NCBI GenBank assembly: GCA_963787125.1
Contig: CAWBBV010000001.1
Coordinates: 695,763-759,762 of the forward strand
Reading direction: 5' to 3'
DNA length: 64,000 nt
From: an uncultured delta proteobacterium
GTDB taxonomy: Bacteria > Desulfobacterota > Desulfuromonadia > Geobacterales > DSM-12255
The translations under genes and the position numbers were made by a program. Positions 40,923 to 50,917 of this stretch are shown here, piece after piece. The notes beneath the pieces are model-generated. The model ran no database searches. It worked only from the letters and a program-made list of their open reading frames with translations, and was not told where the DNA came from. The stretch's first letter is position 1. The number at the start of each line of letters is the position of its first letter.

Positions 40923-43343
40923 TTATGCTTTACTGATGGAAACGGGCGTCATGTTGGCGCTGCCTGAAAGTAGCAGTGCCGCATTAAGCTCCGGTGAGTG
41001 GTATGTGGTGAAAATGAGCCCTGGCTGGAGCCGGTCAGAAAGCTTTAATTTACCGGTGATTGAAGCTGACGCTGATTTGAGGGTTACGGCTGAGCCTTCA
41101 GCCAGGCCAAGCCTGGCAGCATCAGTCGGGTCAAGCTCCAGGCAGGCTTCAGGGGCTACCGCGAGGTTGTTTTCAGAGGAGAGCGTCGAGGTGCCGTTAT
41201 GGTAGAGAGATGCGCCGACAAGCAGGGTCAACTCACTGGTCACGGCTTTCGGCACAGCTACCGGCGTAAATGCCGCAGCTGCTGAGGCAGTTCGCGGTGT
41301 TGCCGAGCCGTAAAGTGGGTTTGCCGCAGCGATTGCGTCGCTGACAGATTCTGTCGTGTACTGCTTTGCTTCACCCGTATAACCGGCAATCATAGCGGAA
41401 AGAATGGCGATGTCCTCACGGGCATCTCCTGGCGGATTTACAGCCTTCTGCAGCGACTGAACCCTGCCATCGGGAGTGGTGAAGGTGCCGTTCTTCTCGG
41501 CTGCGGCTGAAGCAGGTAAAAGGACATGGGCCATCTTTGTCAGTTCTGAAGCGAGAATGTCCTGCACAATGAGAACGTCCAGTTTTTCAAGAGCCTTTTT
41601 GATCCTGCGATTGTCAGGAAATGATGCCAGAGGATTGCAGCCGAGGAGATAGAGGGCCTTGATGCTGCCGGTTTCGATTCCGCTGACTATGCCGTTGACA
41701 TCGAGCCCGTTATTTCCCGGGGATACACCCATTTCCAGCATGCCGAGAGTGTTGTTCTTCTCGTCCACCGGGAAGATTCCGCCGGCTTCCTTGCCGATGG
41801 CTCCAAGGAGCAGGGCAAGGTTTCCTACTGCAGCGAGAGCTTCCTTGGAGTTTGCGCATCTGATTATGTCTGCGCCAAAAAGCAGGGCCGGATTTTTGCT
41901 GCCTGCCAGGAGTGTTGCTGCACTTTTGATAGATTTTTCAGCGATGCCGCAAGCGGCAGACAGGTCGGTCATGGAGAGCGCTGCAAGTGACGCTGCAAGT
42001 GCATCTGTACCGGCGTATTCAGCAGTACAGCCCGCTTCTAAAAGAGCTTTGGCAAGCGCTGTCAGCAGTGCTGTCTCGCCGCCGGGTGTGTACTGCAGGT
42101 AGGCGTTGGCAAACTTATTTAGCTTTACAGCGCGCAGGTTGGCAACTACCAGTTTCGCATCGTTTTTGGTGGCTGCCTTGATTACCCGGTATTCCATGCC
42201 GGTTGATTCACTGTTCAAATCGGAACCGATGACAAGAACCGCATCAGCACGGTCTATCCGGTCGATGGTAGCGCTTGCCCCGTCAATGCCGAGCTGTTGC
42301 TTGAGCATGTCTATGGCGGCAGCAAAGCCGAAGCCGGCTTCCGAGTCCAGATTCGGTGAGCCGATTACCTCTTTGATCAACTTTGCAAAGAGGAAATTGT
42401 CTTCGTTGGTCAGGCGCGGCGAGGAGAGGCCGGCAATTGCATTGGCCGGTATTGCCTTAAGGCGCTCAGCAGCCGTGCTGATGGCAAGCTCGAAGGAGAC
42501 CGGTTTCTGGTCGACCAGCGGGGTTTTGAGGCGATCCGCCGAGTTAAGATAAGCGTAACCGAAGCGGCCGTTAATGCAGAGGTTGCCTTCGTTAAAGGTG
42601 CTGTCATCGCTGGTTACGCGCTCAACCCGACCGTCTTTGGTATGGTATTCAATCTGACAGCCGGTGCTGCAGAACGGGCAGACGCTTTTGGTGATTTCAA
42701 AGGTCCAGGGGCGTCCCTTGAACTTGAAAGGTTTGCTGATGAGTGTGCCGGTCGGGCAGACGGCGATGCAGTTGCCGCAGAATTCACAGTTGAGCGGCTT
42801 GCCGTCAACAGTGTCAATAATCGTTGCTTCACCTTTGGCGACAACAGCTATCGCATCACAACCGACGATCTCGTGGTCAACTTTGACACACTTTTCGCAG
42901 AGGATGCAGCGATTTGGATCACTTTCAAGCAAGTTCCAGTCGTAACGGATCGGCCGGCGCTCAAGCACAGCAGTATACTCCTGACTGGCAACTTCAAGCC
43001 CGTAGCAGTTGTCCTGCAGGTCACATTCACCGCCTGCATCACAGATCGGGCAGTCGAGCGGGTGATTTACCAGCATCAGCTCCATTATCTTCTTGCGGAT
43101 GACGGTAAGCTTCTCCGATTGTGTTGTGACAACAATTCCCTCTTTGACAGGGGTATTGCAGGCCGTCATTGGTCGGTCCACACCTTCTATTTCAACCGCA
43201 CATATCCGGCAGGCGCCGGTCGGAGAAACTTTTTGCAACCAGCAGAGGGTAGGAATCTTTATCCCCAACTCCTGTGCCGCCAGAAGAATAGTTGTCCCAG
43301 GCGAAACGCTGGTTTTTTTGCCGTCTATCGTCAAACTGACCAT
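40923..43343 (-). CDS. sfrA: NADPH oxidoreductase alpha subunit (NuoG/formate dehydrogenase-like Fe-S protein)
   Basis: 2Fe-2S and 4Fe-4S motifs (GACRIC, HPLDCPICD, CILCEKC, CPFCSTGC); molybdopterin-oxidoreductase fold; follows sfrB. Confidence 0.9.
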   Translation of the reverse strand: MVSLTIDGKKTSVSPGTTILLAAQELGIKIPTLCWLQKVSPTGACRICAVEIEGVDRPMTACNTPVKEGIVVTTQSEKLTVIRKKIMELMLVNHPLDCPICDAGGECDLQDNCYGLEVASQEYTAVLERRPIRYDWNLLESDPNRCILCEKCVKVDHEIVGCDAIAVVAKGEATIIDTVDGKPLNCEFCGNCIAVCPTGTLISKPFKFKGRPWTFEITKSVCPFCSTGCQIEYHTKDGRVERVTSDDSTFNEGNLCINGRFGYAYLNSADRLKTPLVDQKPVSFELAISTAAERLKAIPANAIAGLSSPRLTNEDNFLFAKLIKEVIGSPNLDSEAGFGFAAAIDMLKQQLGIDGASATIDRIDRADAVLVIGSDLNSESTGMEYRVIKAATKNDAKLVVANLRAVKLNKFANAYLQYTPGGETALLTALAKALLEAGCTAEYAGTDALAASLAALSMTDLSAACGIAEKSIKSAATLLAGSKNPALLFGADIIRCANSKEALAAVGNLALLLGAIGKEAGGIFPVDEKNNTLGMLEMGVSPGNNGLDVNGIVSGIETGSIKALYLLGCNPLASFPDNRRIKKALEKLDVLIVQDILASELTKMAHVLLPASAAAEKNGTFTTPDGRVQSLQKAVNPPGDAREDIAILSAMIAGYTGEAKQYTTESVSDAIAAANPLYGSATPRTASAAAAFTPVAVPKAVTSELTLLVGASLYHNGTSTLSSENNLAVAPEACLELDPTDAARLGLAEGSAVTLKSASASITGKLKLSDRLQPGLIFTTYHSPELNAALLLSGSANMTPVSISKA

Positions 43344-43362
43344 GTATCAAACTCCTGAAGTC

Positions 43363-43437
43363 AGGCTCTAGGCTTGAGGCTCTAGGCTCTAAAATTAACT
43401 CTTTGTTCAGTGCCCTGAGCCTGGTGCCCGGAGCCTT
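43363..43437 (-). repeat. Heptamer tandem-repeat hairpin (sfrB-sfrA spacer)
   Basis: Plus strand AGGCTCT AGGCTTG AGGCTCT AGGCTCT ... complementary TGCCC TGAGCC TGGTGCC CGGAGCC. Confidence 0.7.
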
Positions 43438-43441
43438 TTAC

Positions 43442-45460
43442 TTACACCGCTGCCATCGCCATCCGGTAACAGCGCAAGCATCTTTCAGCCTCTTTCACCG
43501 CCTGCTTATTGGTAAAGCCGAGTTCAACCTCCTGATAGTTGCCCTGGGAGGCCCGCTCTTTGCCGTGAATCTCGGCTTGATGGGCACGCGTTGCTGAATC
43601 AAGCCACGGCACCTGTTCGTTTTTGTCATATACGGGGAGGTTGGTGAGAATATCCTCCATCAGTTCGTCATCAGTTATATAGGCTTTGCCCTCTTCCAGC
43701 CAGCGCTCAATTACCCGCGCCGCACGGTGGGCGTTGCCGATGCAGGCCACAACCGTGAGTGGTCCGATTTCAGCATCACCGCTGGCAAAAACTCCGTCAA
43801 GATCGGTTCTCAGGGTGCGAGCCAGCTCATTGCCCATGCCGTCCTTGAGATTCTTGCCGTCAGCGCCTTTGAGCGGAACATACTGAGTAACTATAGTGTT
43901 CCATTTAGTGATGTCTATGCCGCTGTCAGCCGGGATAAAGGAGAGATCCGGATCCTGGCCGATTGCAGGAATGACCGTGTCACATTCGATGACAAACTCG
44001 CTGCCTGCCATCGGTTCCGGCCGGCGTCGCCCAGAAGCATCCGGTTCGCCAAGCGCCATTCGGACGCACTCGACGCCGGTTATCTGGCCGCTTTCGTCGG
44101 CAATTACCTTTGTCGGCAGTACCTGAAATTCGAACTTGACACCCTCTTCGTCGGCACCATCCACTTCCCAGACATCAGCCGGCATCTCTTTGCGGGAGCG
44201 GCGGTAGACAAGGCAGGAGAGTTCGGCCCCTTCACGCAGTGCCACCCTGACGCAGTCAATAGCGGTATTGCCGCCGCCGACAACGACAACTTTGTTACCC
44301 ATGCCGGTCGGTTTCCCCATGTAGGCTTCACGGAGGAAGTCAATTCCGCCTTTAAGGAACCCCTTATAGCCGGCATCTTCACCTTCAACGCCCATAGGTT
44401 TAGAGCGGTGGGCTCCAGGGGCAAGGAGAACGGCCGAAAATTTCTCTTTCAATTCAGCCAGGGAAATGTCCTTGCCGATTCTGGTGTCGTAGATTATCTC
44501 CACACCCATTGAGGCAATGATATCGATATCCCGTTGCAGAATGTGCCGTGGCATCCGGTATGCCGGTATGCCGACAGCAATCATGCCGCCGCCGTACCCT
44601 TCGGGGAGTGCTTCGTAGATAGTTACCGGATAGCCTTCAAGGGCCAGGTAGTAGGCGGCGGCAAGTCCGGCAGGGCCGGCACCGACGACGGCGATCTTTT
44701 TGTCCTTTCTCGGTTTGGGCTGCATTGGCGGTGTCATATTGTGCTGCCATTCGTAATCTGAGGCCGAGCGTTTCAAAATCATTATGCTTATTGGCTCGTC
44801 AACATTCTTCCTTCTGCAGGCACTTTCGCATGGGTGCGGGCAGACACGGCCGCAGACGGACGGGAGTGGCATGTTATCGCGAATTATTTCGAGAGACTCG
44901 TCAAAGCGGTAATCCTTGATGGCCTCAATGTAGCTGGGAATATCGATATGGGCGGGACATTTGTCCTGGCAGGGGGCGGTGTATTTGTGGATGAGCCGGT
45001 GGACTTTTTTGTCTGTTTTGACACCGTTTAAGCGGGCGACGAAATCATCCTTGAAATACTGGACAGCATCAAATACCGGAATTGTGGAGCTTTGACAGAG
45101 CGTGCATTTACAGTTTTTCAGCAGCTCTGTAAGGTCCTGGACAGTGTCTAGGTCAGATTCTTTGGCAGTCCCTTCGAGCACTGCCGCCAGAAGGTCAGCT
45201 AACACCTTTGTCCCTTTTTTGCCGGGGGTGCATTTGCCGCAGCAGTAAAGAGTCTGTACTCTTTTCATATACTCTGCTGTCATGGCAGGAACATCGACCG
45301 TCGCGTCAAAAAGGATGATCCCGTCCCATCCCATAAACGCTGCCATGGGGTTCACGCCATCATGTGCTACCGGCAGACGGAAAGTAGCTTCCTTAGCTTC
45401 ACCACCCTTGCGGTTGTCGATAATATTTCTACCCCAGCTGGAAAAAACCACCTGTGCCAC
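43442..45460 (-). CDS. sfrB: NADPH oxidoreductase beta subunit (GltD-like flavoprotein)
   Basis: MAQVVFSSWG start, CCGKCTPG, CGRVCPHPCE, GAGPAG, GGGNTAID, EAERCLRC. Confidence 0.93.
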   Translation of the reverse strand: MAQVVFSSWGRNIIDNRKGGEAKEATFRLPVAHDGVNPMAAFMGWDGIILFDATVDVPAMTAEYMKRVQTLYCCGKCTPGKKGTKVLADLLAAVLEGTAKESDLDTVQDLTELLKNCKCTLCQSSTIPVFDAVQYFKDDFVARLNGVKTDKKVHRLIHKYTAPCQDKCPAHIDIPSYIEAIKDYRFDESLEIIRDNMPLPSVCGRVCPHPCESACRRKNVDEPISIMILKRSASDYEWQHNMTPPMQPKPRKDKKIAVVGAGPAGLAAAYYLALEGYPVTIYEALPEGYGGGMIAVGIPAYRMPRHILQRDIDIIASMGVEIIYDTRIGKDISLAELKEKFSAVLLAPGAHRSKPMGVEGEDAGYKGFLKGGIDFLREAYMGKPTGMGNKVVVVGGGNTAIDCVRVALREGAELSCLVYRRSRKEMPADVWEVDGADEEGVKFEFQVLPTKVIADESGQITGVECVRMALGEPDASGRRRPEPMAGSEFVIECDTVIPAIGQDPDLSFIPADSGIDITKWNTIVTQYVPLKGADGKNLKDGMGNELARTLRTDLDGVFASGDAEIGPLTVVACIGNAHRAARVIERWLEEGKAYITDDELMEDILTNLPVYDKNEQVPWLDSATRAHQAEIHGKERASQGNYQEVELGFTNKQAVKEAERCLRCYRMAMAAV

Positions 45461-45547
45461 TTAAGCCTCCGGTGCAACTCTCCCTGCCATGGCAGGTTAC
45501 AGTCACATAACTATTTGCTATTATTGAATAAAATTCATGTGGGTAAT

Positions 45548-45562
45548 TGTATACAGTATGCA
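45548..45562. promoter_or_regulatory. Palindromic operator TGTATAC-A-GTATGCA upstream of sfrBA
   Basis: One mismatch to the palindrome at 11623-11637. Confidence 0.65.
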
Positions 45563-45688
45563 GGTTTATCACAGTTATCATCTTGAAATCAAGGAAAAAT
45601 TCTGTCTGAACGTATGGTAGATTGCCAGATTATGGCGCCTCTGATATACCACAATTAACAACCAGATTCCGGAGCAGGAGATTTTTTT

Positions 45689-46819
45689 ATGAAGGGTCTT
45701 GAAAATGCGTTTTCGTCGCTACTGTTGACAAATATGGGGCTGATTGCCGGAGAGCGTGTTGTCGTTTTCAGCGATAAAGTGCGCCCTGATGAAATGCTCT
45801 CTGTTGCTGAGCGTTTCAGGCGCGAGCGGCTACTCAGTGCGGCAGAATCTCTGGCCGTTTTTGCGCTGCAGCAGTTCGGTTGTTGTACTTTTGTGGAATT
45901 TGAGGCAACGCAGGCGTCCGGAGTTGAGCCTCCTGTGAGTCTCTGGAGTGCTGTCTTTGGCGACGCTATTGTTCAAAAACTCACGGAGGATGGTTGCTTT
46001 GAGCGAATCCTTGCCAAGAGTGCAGGCAGTGCAGATCTTGACGCAGCCAAAAATATTGTCTCTGAATTCAGTGCGGAAGTCGCCAGCGTTGTAATTGCCA
46101 TGTCGAACAATTCAACCAGCCATACTCGTTTCAGATGGCTGGCAAATGTTGCCGGAACCCGTTTTGCGAGTCTGCCGCACTTTGACCCGGATATGTTTTT
46201 TACGTCGATGGCGGTTGATTGGGAAGTTCTGGCAGCAAGGACTTCCCGTCTTGCTGATATTGTGAATAAAACGATCTCGATGGAACTTACGACTCCGGAC
46301 GGCACCAGACTTTCCTTCAGTATTGAAGGGAGGCACGCGGAGGTGGATGACGGACTATTGACTGCACCGGGAAGTTTTGGAAATCTGCCGGCTGGTGAGG
46401 TTTACCTTGCTCCCCTTGAAGGGACGGCGGAGGGGGTAATGAAAATATGGTATGCTCCTACCAACAAGTTGACGACGCCGCTCACCCTGATAATACGTGG
46501 CGGAGAAGTTGTTACTGTTGAGGGTGATGATCCTCACAAGGATTGGTTGGGACGTAAATTCGCCGAAAGCAGTAAAAACCGTAACATTGCCGAGCTTGGA
46601 ATTGGCACAAATGACCGTGCGACAAGACCGGATAACGTGCTTGAGGCAGAGAAAATACTCGGCACTGTTCATATTGCATTCGGAGACAATACCGGTTTTG
46701 GCGGGGTTGTCAGTACGCCTTTTCACGAGGACTATGTCCTTTATAACCCAACTTTGAGTGGAAAAACGAGGGAAGGGGAAAGTTTACTGATTCTTGATAA
46801 TGGCAAGCTTCAGGTGTGA
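45689..46819 (+). CDS. Aminopeptidase, M29/thermophilic metalloprotease-like
   Basis: NLPAGEV, AELGIGTN, EAEKILGTVHIAFGDN, H.D motifs. Confidence 0.85.
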   Translation: MKGLENAFSSLLLTNMGLIAGERVVVFSDKVRPDEMLSVAERFRRERLLSAAESLAVFALQQFGCCTFVEFEATQASGVEPPVSLWSAVFGDAIVQKLTEDGCFERILAKSAGSADLDAAKNIVSEFSAEVASVVIAMSNNSTSHTRFRWLANVAGTRFASLPHFDPDMFFTSMAVDWEVLAARTSRLADIVNKTISMELTTPDGTRLSFSIEGRHAEVDDGLLTAPGSFGNLPAGEVYLAPLEGTAEGVMKIWYAPTNKLTTPLTLIIRGGEVVTVEGDDPHKDWLGRKFAESSKNRNIAELGIGTNDRATRPDNVLEAEKILGTVHIAFGDNTGFGGVVSTPFHEDYVLYNPTLSGKTREGESLLILDNGKLQV

Positions 46820-46820
46820 G

Positions 46821-47459
46821 ATGCGAGTAATAGGCCTGACAGGCGGGATTGCTTCCGGGAAGAGTACGGTCGCCAGAATAATTATTGATTACGGGATACC
46901 GGTTATTGATGCTGATCAACTTGCAAGGGATGTAGTCCTGCCGGGATCAGAAGGTTTGCGTCAGATAGTTGAGTTCTTTGGCAGAGCCGTTTTGCAGGCG
47001 GATGGCACTCTTGATCGGGCCGCGCTGGCGGAGATTATCTTTTCAGAGCCATCCGCAAGGCATAAGCTTGAATCAATCCTGCATCCTGCCATAAAAGCGC
47101 TGGCAGAAATACGTCTTGATGTGTTCCGGCAACAAGGCGTCCCAGCGGTTTTCTACATGGCGCCACTGCTGGTTGAAGCTGGCGCAACGGATCGAGTTGA
47201 TGAAGTCTGGGTTGTTTATGTTGACCGGGTAACTCAGCTCGAAAGGGTGCAGAAAAGAGACCTTCTTAGCTATGAGGAGGCGGAAAAGCGCTTGGCCGCG
47301 CAGATGTCAATGGATCTAAAGAGAACTTACGCCAGGATTGTCATTGATAACTGTGGCGGAGTTGAGGCTTTGCAAGAGAAGGTTGCAGCGCTGCTGAGGG
47401 CGGAGAATCTACTGCAAATAAATAAAGAGGCGGAACCCGGGGCAGCGACTATGTACTGA
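46821..47459 (+). CDS. coaE: Dephospho-CoA kinase
   Basis: IGLTGGIASGKST, IDADQLAR, LDRAAL, HPAI. Confidence 0.96.
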   Translation: MRVIGLTGGIASGKSTVARIIIDYGIPVIDADQLARDVVLPGSEGLRQIVEFFGRAVLQADGTLDRAALAEIIFSEPSARHKLESILHPAIKALAEIRLDVFRQQGVPAVFYMAPLLVEAGATDRVDEVWVVYVDRVTQLERVQKRDLLSYEEAEKRLAAQMSMDLKRTYARIVIDNCGGVEALQEKVAALLRAENLLQINKEAEPGAATMY

Positions 47460-47502
47460 TCCCGGTTCCCGCCTCTTCTTATTTTACAGTTAACTGCGTT
47501 TA

Positions 47503-48285
47503 TTACTTATGAAATCCAAGCTTGGTGGAGATGTCCTCACCGGCTCTTCTGACCAGAGGAATCAGCTCTTTTTCCATCCGCTCTTGAGAAAAGCGCATGG
47601 ATGGCCCGGAGATGCTGACTGCACCGATGATGCGGCGGGTATAATCACGAATTGGCGCGCCTACACAACAGACACCGATATCCATCTCTTCATTGTCTAC
47701 TGCATAGCCCAGTTCAACAATCTTTGCGAGGTGAGCCTTGAATTCATCGCGGTCTGTTATGGTGTTGGCGGTGTAGCGTTTCAGTTCTTTTGTCGGCAGA
47801 TAATGATCGAGTTCCTCATCTGTCATGAAAGCCAACTGAATCTTGCCGGCAGCAGTACAGTAGGCTGGGAGGCGTGAGCCGACACGGGGAACCACTCTCA
47901 CTGTAAGGTCAGTCTCGACAACGTCAAGATAAACTATGTGTGATTCTTTGAGAATGGCAACATATGTGGTTTCATTACACTCTTTTACCAGCGCTTCGAG
48001 TACCGGTCTCGACTGCCGCAACAGTCCCATCTGCTTGATGAACGTCTGACCAAGCTCAAGAGTTTTCAGACCGAGACGGTAATTTTCGGTCACTCGGTTC
48101 TGTTCAATGTAGTTACGTGATTCCAGGGTCGCCAGGAGCCTGAAAACATTGTTTTTATGGAGCTTGAGGCGTTTGCTTAATTCTGTAACGCCAAGTTCGT
48201 CTACGTCTCCCTGAAACTGCTCAAGAAGGTCGAGGGCATGATCTACTGCCTGAATTATATATTCTGATTTGTCTTTTTTCGCCAT
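47503..48285 (-). CDS. IclR family transcriptional regulator
   Basis: IQAVDHAL..LE, HTH LHKNNVFRLL, CTAAGK, C-terminal GAP...AVSISGP. Confidence 0.95.
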   Translation of the reverse strand: MAKKDKSEYIIQAVDHALDLLEQFQGDVDELGVTELSKRLKLHKNNVFRLLATLESRNYIEQNRVTENYRLGLKTLELGQTFIKQMGLLRQSRPVLEALVKECNETTYVAILKESHIVYLDVVETDLTVRVVPRVGSRLPAYCTAAGKIQLAFMTDEELDHYLPTKELKRYTANTITDRDEFKAHLAKIVELGYAVDNEEMDIGVCCVGAPIRDYTRRIIGAVSISGPSMRFSQERMEKELIPLVRRAGEDISTKLGFHK

Positions 48286-48649
48286 TTCTCTATTCCTCAG
48301 TGGTTTATTCAAACTATAATAACTAGCTCATTTTTCCCAGTTTAGTCAAGTAGTATTAACTTTAAACTAATTATGAATCAGGACGTTAGTCTGTCAAGTA
48401 GTCGGAGTGAAATTAATGTAACAACTGTTTTATTGAAAATTAAAGTCAAGCTATATGGTAAACAATCTTGACTAGATAAATAAGGTAAGTACCCAAAAAT
48501 CTATAAATATTTCTTGTGTCAAAAATATAAAATAATGTTTTACAGTTGTCAAGAGATAAAAATAAGGATATTTTTATCTCCAGGCGGTATAATCCGGTAA
48601 TTGCCTGGAACCACAGTCCGCGGATAACTTATAAATCACAGGATGCAAC

Positions 48650-49105
48650 ATGCTCTCGTTACGAAAAAAGATCCTCGTCGCCATAGACGGCTCGCCAATG
48701 TCTGACAAGGCTGCGGAAGAGGCGGTCAGGCTTGCAGCCGGGAATCTTGCCCAATTTAAGAGCAAGGTATATGCCATGCTGGTTCTCCCCAACGCTCCAA
48801 GGACTACATTCACGGATTTTGTTCCGCCAAAGCCGATCACAGAGACTCCCCAGTGGAGTGAACTGCGGGACAAGATCTTTTATGTAGTCGAAAAGAGTGC
48901 CGAGGAGGCCAATATCCCGCTGGAAGTCAAGGTAGCCTTCGGAGACCCGATAGATGAGCTGCTGGGTTTTGCAGAGAAAGAAGAGATTGATGTGATTGTG
49001 ATCGGTAGCACCGGCAAAGGCTTTATTAAAAGAAAAGTACTCGGCAGTGTTTCAGACAAAGTCGTCAGGAATGCAAAATGCTCAGTTTATGTCGTTAGAG
49101 GCTAG
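48650..49105 (+). CDS. Universal stress protein
   Basis: KILVAIDGS, GDP, IVIGSTG...LGSVS.KVV. Confidence 0.93.
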   Translation: MLSLRKKILVAIDGSPMSDKAAEEAVRLAAGNLAQFKSKVYAMLVLPNAPRTTFTDFVPPKPITETPQWSELRDKIFYVVEKSAEEANIPLEVKVAFGDPIDELLGFAEKEEIDVIVIGSTGKGFIKRKVLGSVSDKVVRNAKCSVYVVRG

Positions 49106-49116
49106 CTTTATTTTGT

Positions 49117-49692
49117 TTACCTGACTGAACCGGCAGAGTGATTGATTTCGAATAACTCGGTGCCACGGCTGAATCTGATGCGGTTCTCCCTGATTTCAAT
49201 GACTTTGGCGCCGAGTATCTCCGCCCCTTCCCCGACCAGAACGCCGTTTATAACGGCTCGCCGTAATGACCGCTCTTCCTGCCAGGCAATCCCGGAGACA
49301 ATGAACTCGTCATCACCGGTTTTACGCCCGGTTTTCTCTGCTTTCATCGCCGTACCGGGTTGTTCGGTGCTGCTTTTCACTTCAGCAGGAATGCTTTTTG
49401 TGGTCGGCGGCAGCGGCTGCAGGGAAATGACAGGCAGCGGCTCAGGTTTCACAATCACAACGGCTTTTGCCGGGTCGCTCTTGCCGGATTGCTCTTTGGT
49501 AAAGTAGAAAAAACAGGCAGTTGTTACAATAACGGTCAGTATCACTGCAGTAACAGGGTTTACGCCGGTTTTTTCAGCAGCTGGTGCCACGCCCCGATAG
49601 TTAAGAACCTCGGTTCTGACCTCCTTGGAAGTTTGACGTTTTGCTTTTCTTTCCAGTTCCATCTTTCTGAGTGCATCAAGAATAAGACTCAT
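49117..49692 (-). CDS. gspB: General secretion pathway protein B (GspB/ExeB-like)
   Basis: MSLILDALRK start, TM, Pro-rich linker, SGIAW...AVING...EG. Confidence 0.8.
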   Translation of the reverse strand: MSLILDALRKMELERKAKRQTSKEVRTEVLNYRGVAPAAEKTGVNPVTAVILTVIVTTACFFYFTKEQSGKSDPAKAVVIVKPEPLPVISLQPLPPTTKSIPAEVKSSTEQPGTAMKAEKTGRKTGDDEFIVSGIAWQEERSLRRAVINGVLVGEGAEILGAKVIEIRENRIRFSRGTELFEINHSAGSVR

Positions 49693-50888
49693 CTGGAACC
49701 ACCCCCTGTTCCTTTCATAGCGACAGAATAGGTCAGGAATTTACCCCCGGTCTTCTGGTAAAGCCGTAGCAGAGTCTGGCCTCCGGGTTTGCCGTCCACT
49801 TTAAGCCCTTCTTTTTCCTGAAAAGCACTAACTGCGGTTTCAGTTTCGTTATCAAAAACTCCGTTAGGAGTGCCTGGATAATGACCTGCTGTTTTCAGTA
49901 GCTCCTGCAGGAGCGCAACCCCTCCTGGAGGAGCTGCAGGTTTGGGCAGCACTGCTTGCGGTGGTGCGGTGACAGGCTCTTTCTGCAAGATATATCGTGG
50001 TGGCAGTAAATATAAAGAGGCCGAAACTGTCAGCAGTAGAACCGAGAGGATTATCAAGCGAAGCGGCGAGCGCTTTGTGTCTTTGGAGAGATCAACAATC
50101 GCAATGGCTGCCATTTGGCCGGAAATTTCCCGGGCGTCTCTTGTGTATGCAAGCAGCAGTGTTCGGTCGCAGAGGCTGTTGATGAGTCTCGGCAGACCTT
50201 TGGAGGCGCGGGCGATCCGCTTTACCGCCGCCTTTGAAAAAATAACAGGCTCTTTTCCTTCGGCCGCAATTTTAATGCGGTGGCGGATGTAAAAGTGGAT
50301 ATCACCCGCATCCATCCTTTCGAGGTGGTAGCGGACCGTTATCCGCTGGCGTAGCTGGCGAAGGTCTTCTCTGGCAAGAAGATCCCTTAGTTCCGGCTGG
50401 CCGACAAGGACGATCTGGATGAGTTTCTCCCGCTCAGTTTCCAGGTTTGATATGAGCCGAACCTGCTCCATTACGTCACGGGAAAGGTTCTGAGCTTCAT
50501 CTATCACCAGGACAACAGTGCGATTAGCGCCATTCTCCATTAACAGGAACTCGTTGAGACTCTGATGCAGTTCGCGGCTTTCACAGCTTTTTGAAGGGAG
50601 ACCGAATTCGCGGTTGATCTCCTGCAGCAGTCCAAGAGGGGAGAGTGTCGGGTTGAAGATGAGCGCACTTCTATAGATTTCAGGGTCAAGCTGCGTGAGC
50701 AGTGTTCGCACCAGTGTTGTTTTGCCGGTGCCGACCTCTCCGGAGAGTTCAATAAATCCTGCCCTGGATTCTATGGCATAGAGCAGGTGGGCATATGCTT
50801 CCTGATGACAGCGGCTGAGAAAAAGAAATTCCGGATTGGGAGTCAGAGTGAAAGGAGGTTCTTTGAAGCCGAAATAGTCTTGATACAT
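49689..50888 (-). CDS. exeA: ExeA/GspA AAA ATPase with C-terminal peptidoglycan-binding domain
   Basis: MY..YFG.KE.PF, GEVGTGKTT, IDEAQNL, GQPEL, PRLIN; AV.AFQ...GL.VDG..G.QT. Confidence 0.9.
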   Translation of the reverse strand: MYQDYFGFKEPPFTLTPNPEFLFLSRCHQEAYAHLLYAIESRAGFIELSGEVGTGKTTLVRTLLTQLDPEIYRSALIFNPTLSPLGLLQEINREFGLPSKSCESRELHQSLNEFLLMENGANRTVVLVIDEAQNLSRDVMEQVRLISNLETEREKLIQIVLVGQPELRDLLAREDLRQLRQRITVRYHLERMDAGDIHFYIRHRIKIAAEGKEPVIFSKAAVKRIARASKGLPRLINSLCDRTLLLAYTRDAREISGQMAAIAIVDLSKDTKRSPLRLIILSVLLLTVSASLYLLPPRYILQKEPVTAPPQAVLPKPAAPPGGVALLQELLKTAGHYPGTPNGVFDNETETAVSAFQEKEGLKVDGKPGGQTLLRLYQKTGGKFLTYSVAMKGTGGGSR

Positions 50889-50917
50889 AGATCAGTTGTC
50901 CTTAAAACAGCTACTTA

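Noticed and set aside
42642..44512. Long plus-strand ORFs (238 and 261 aa) opposite sfrA/sfrB
   Set aside because: Antisense shadow ORFs of conserved genes with biased codon use; no motifs.
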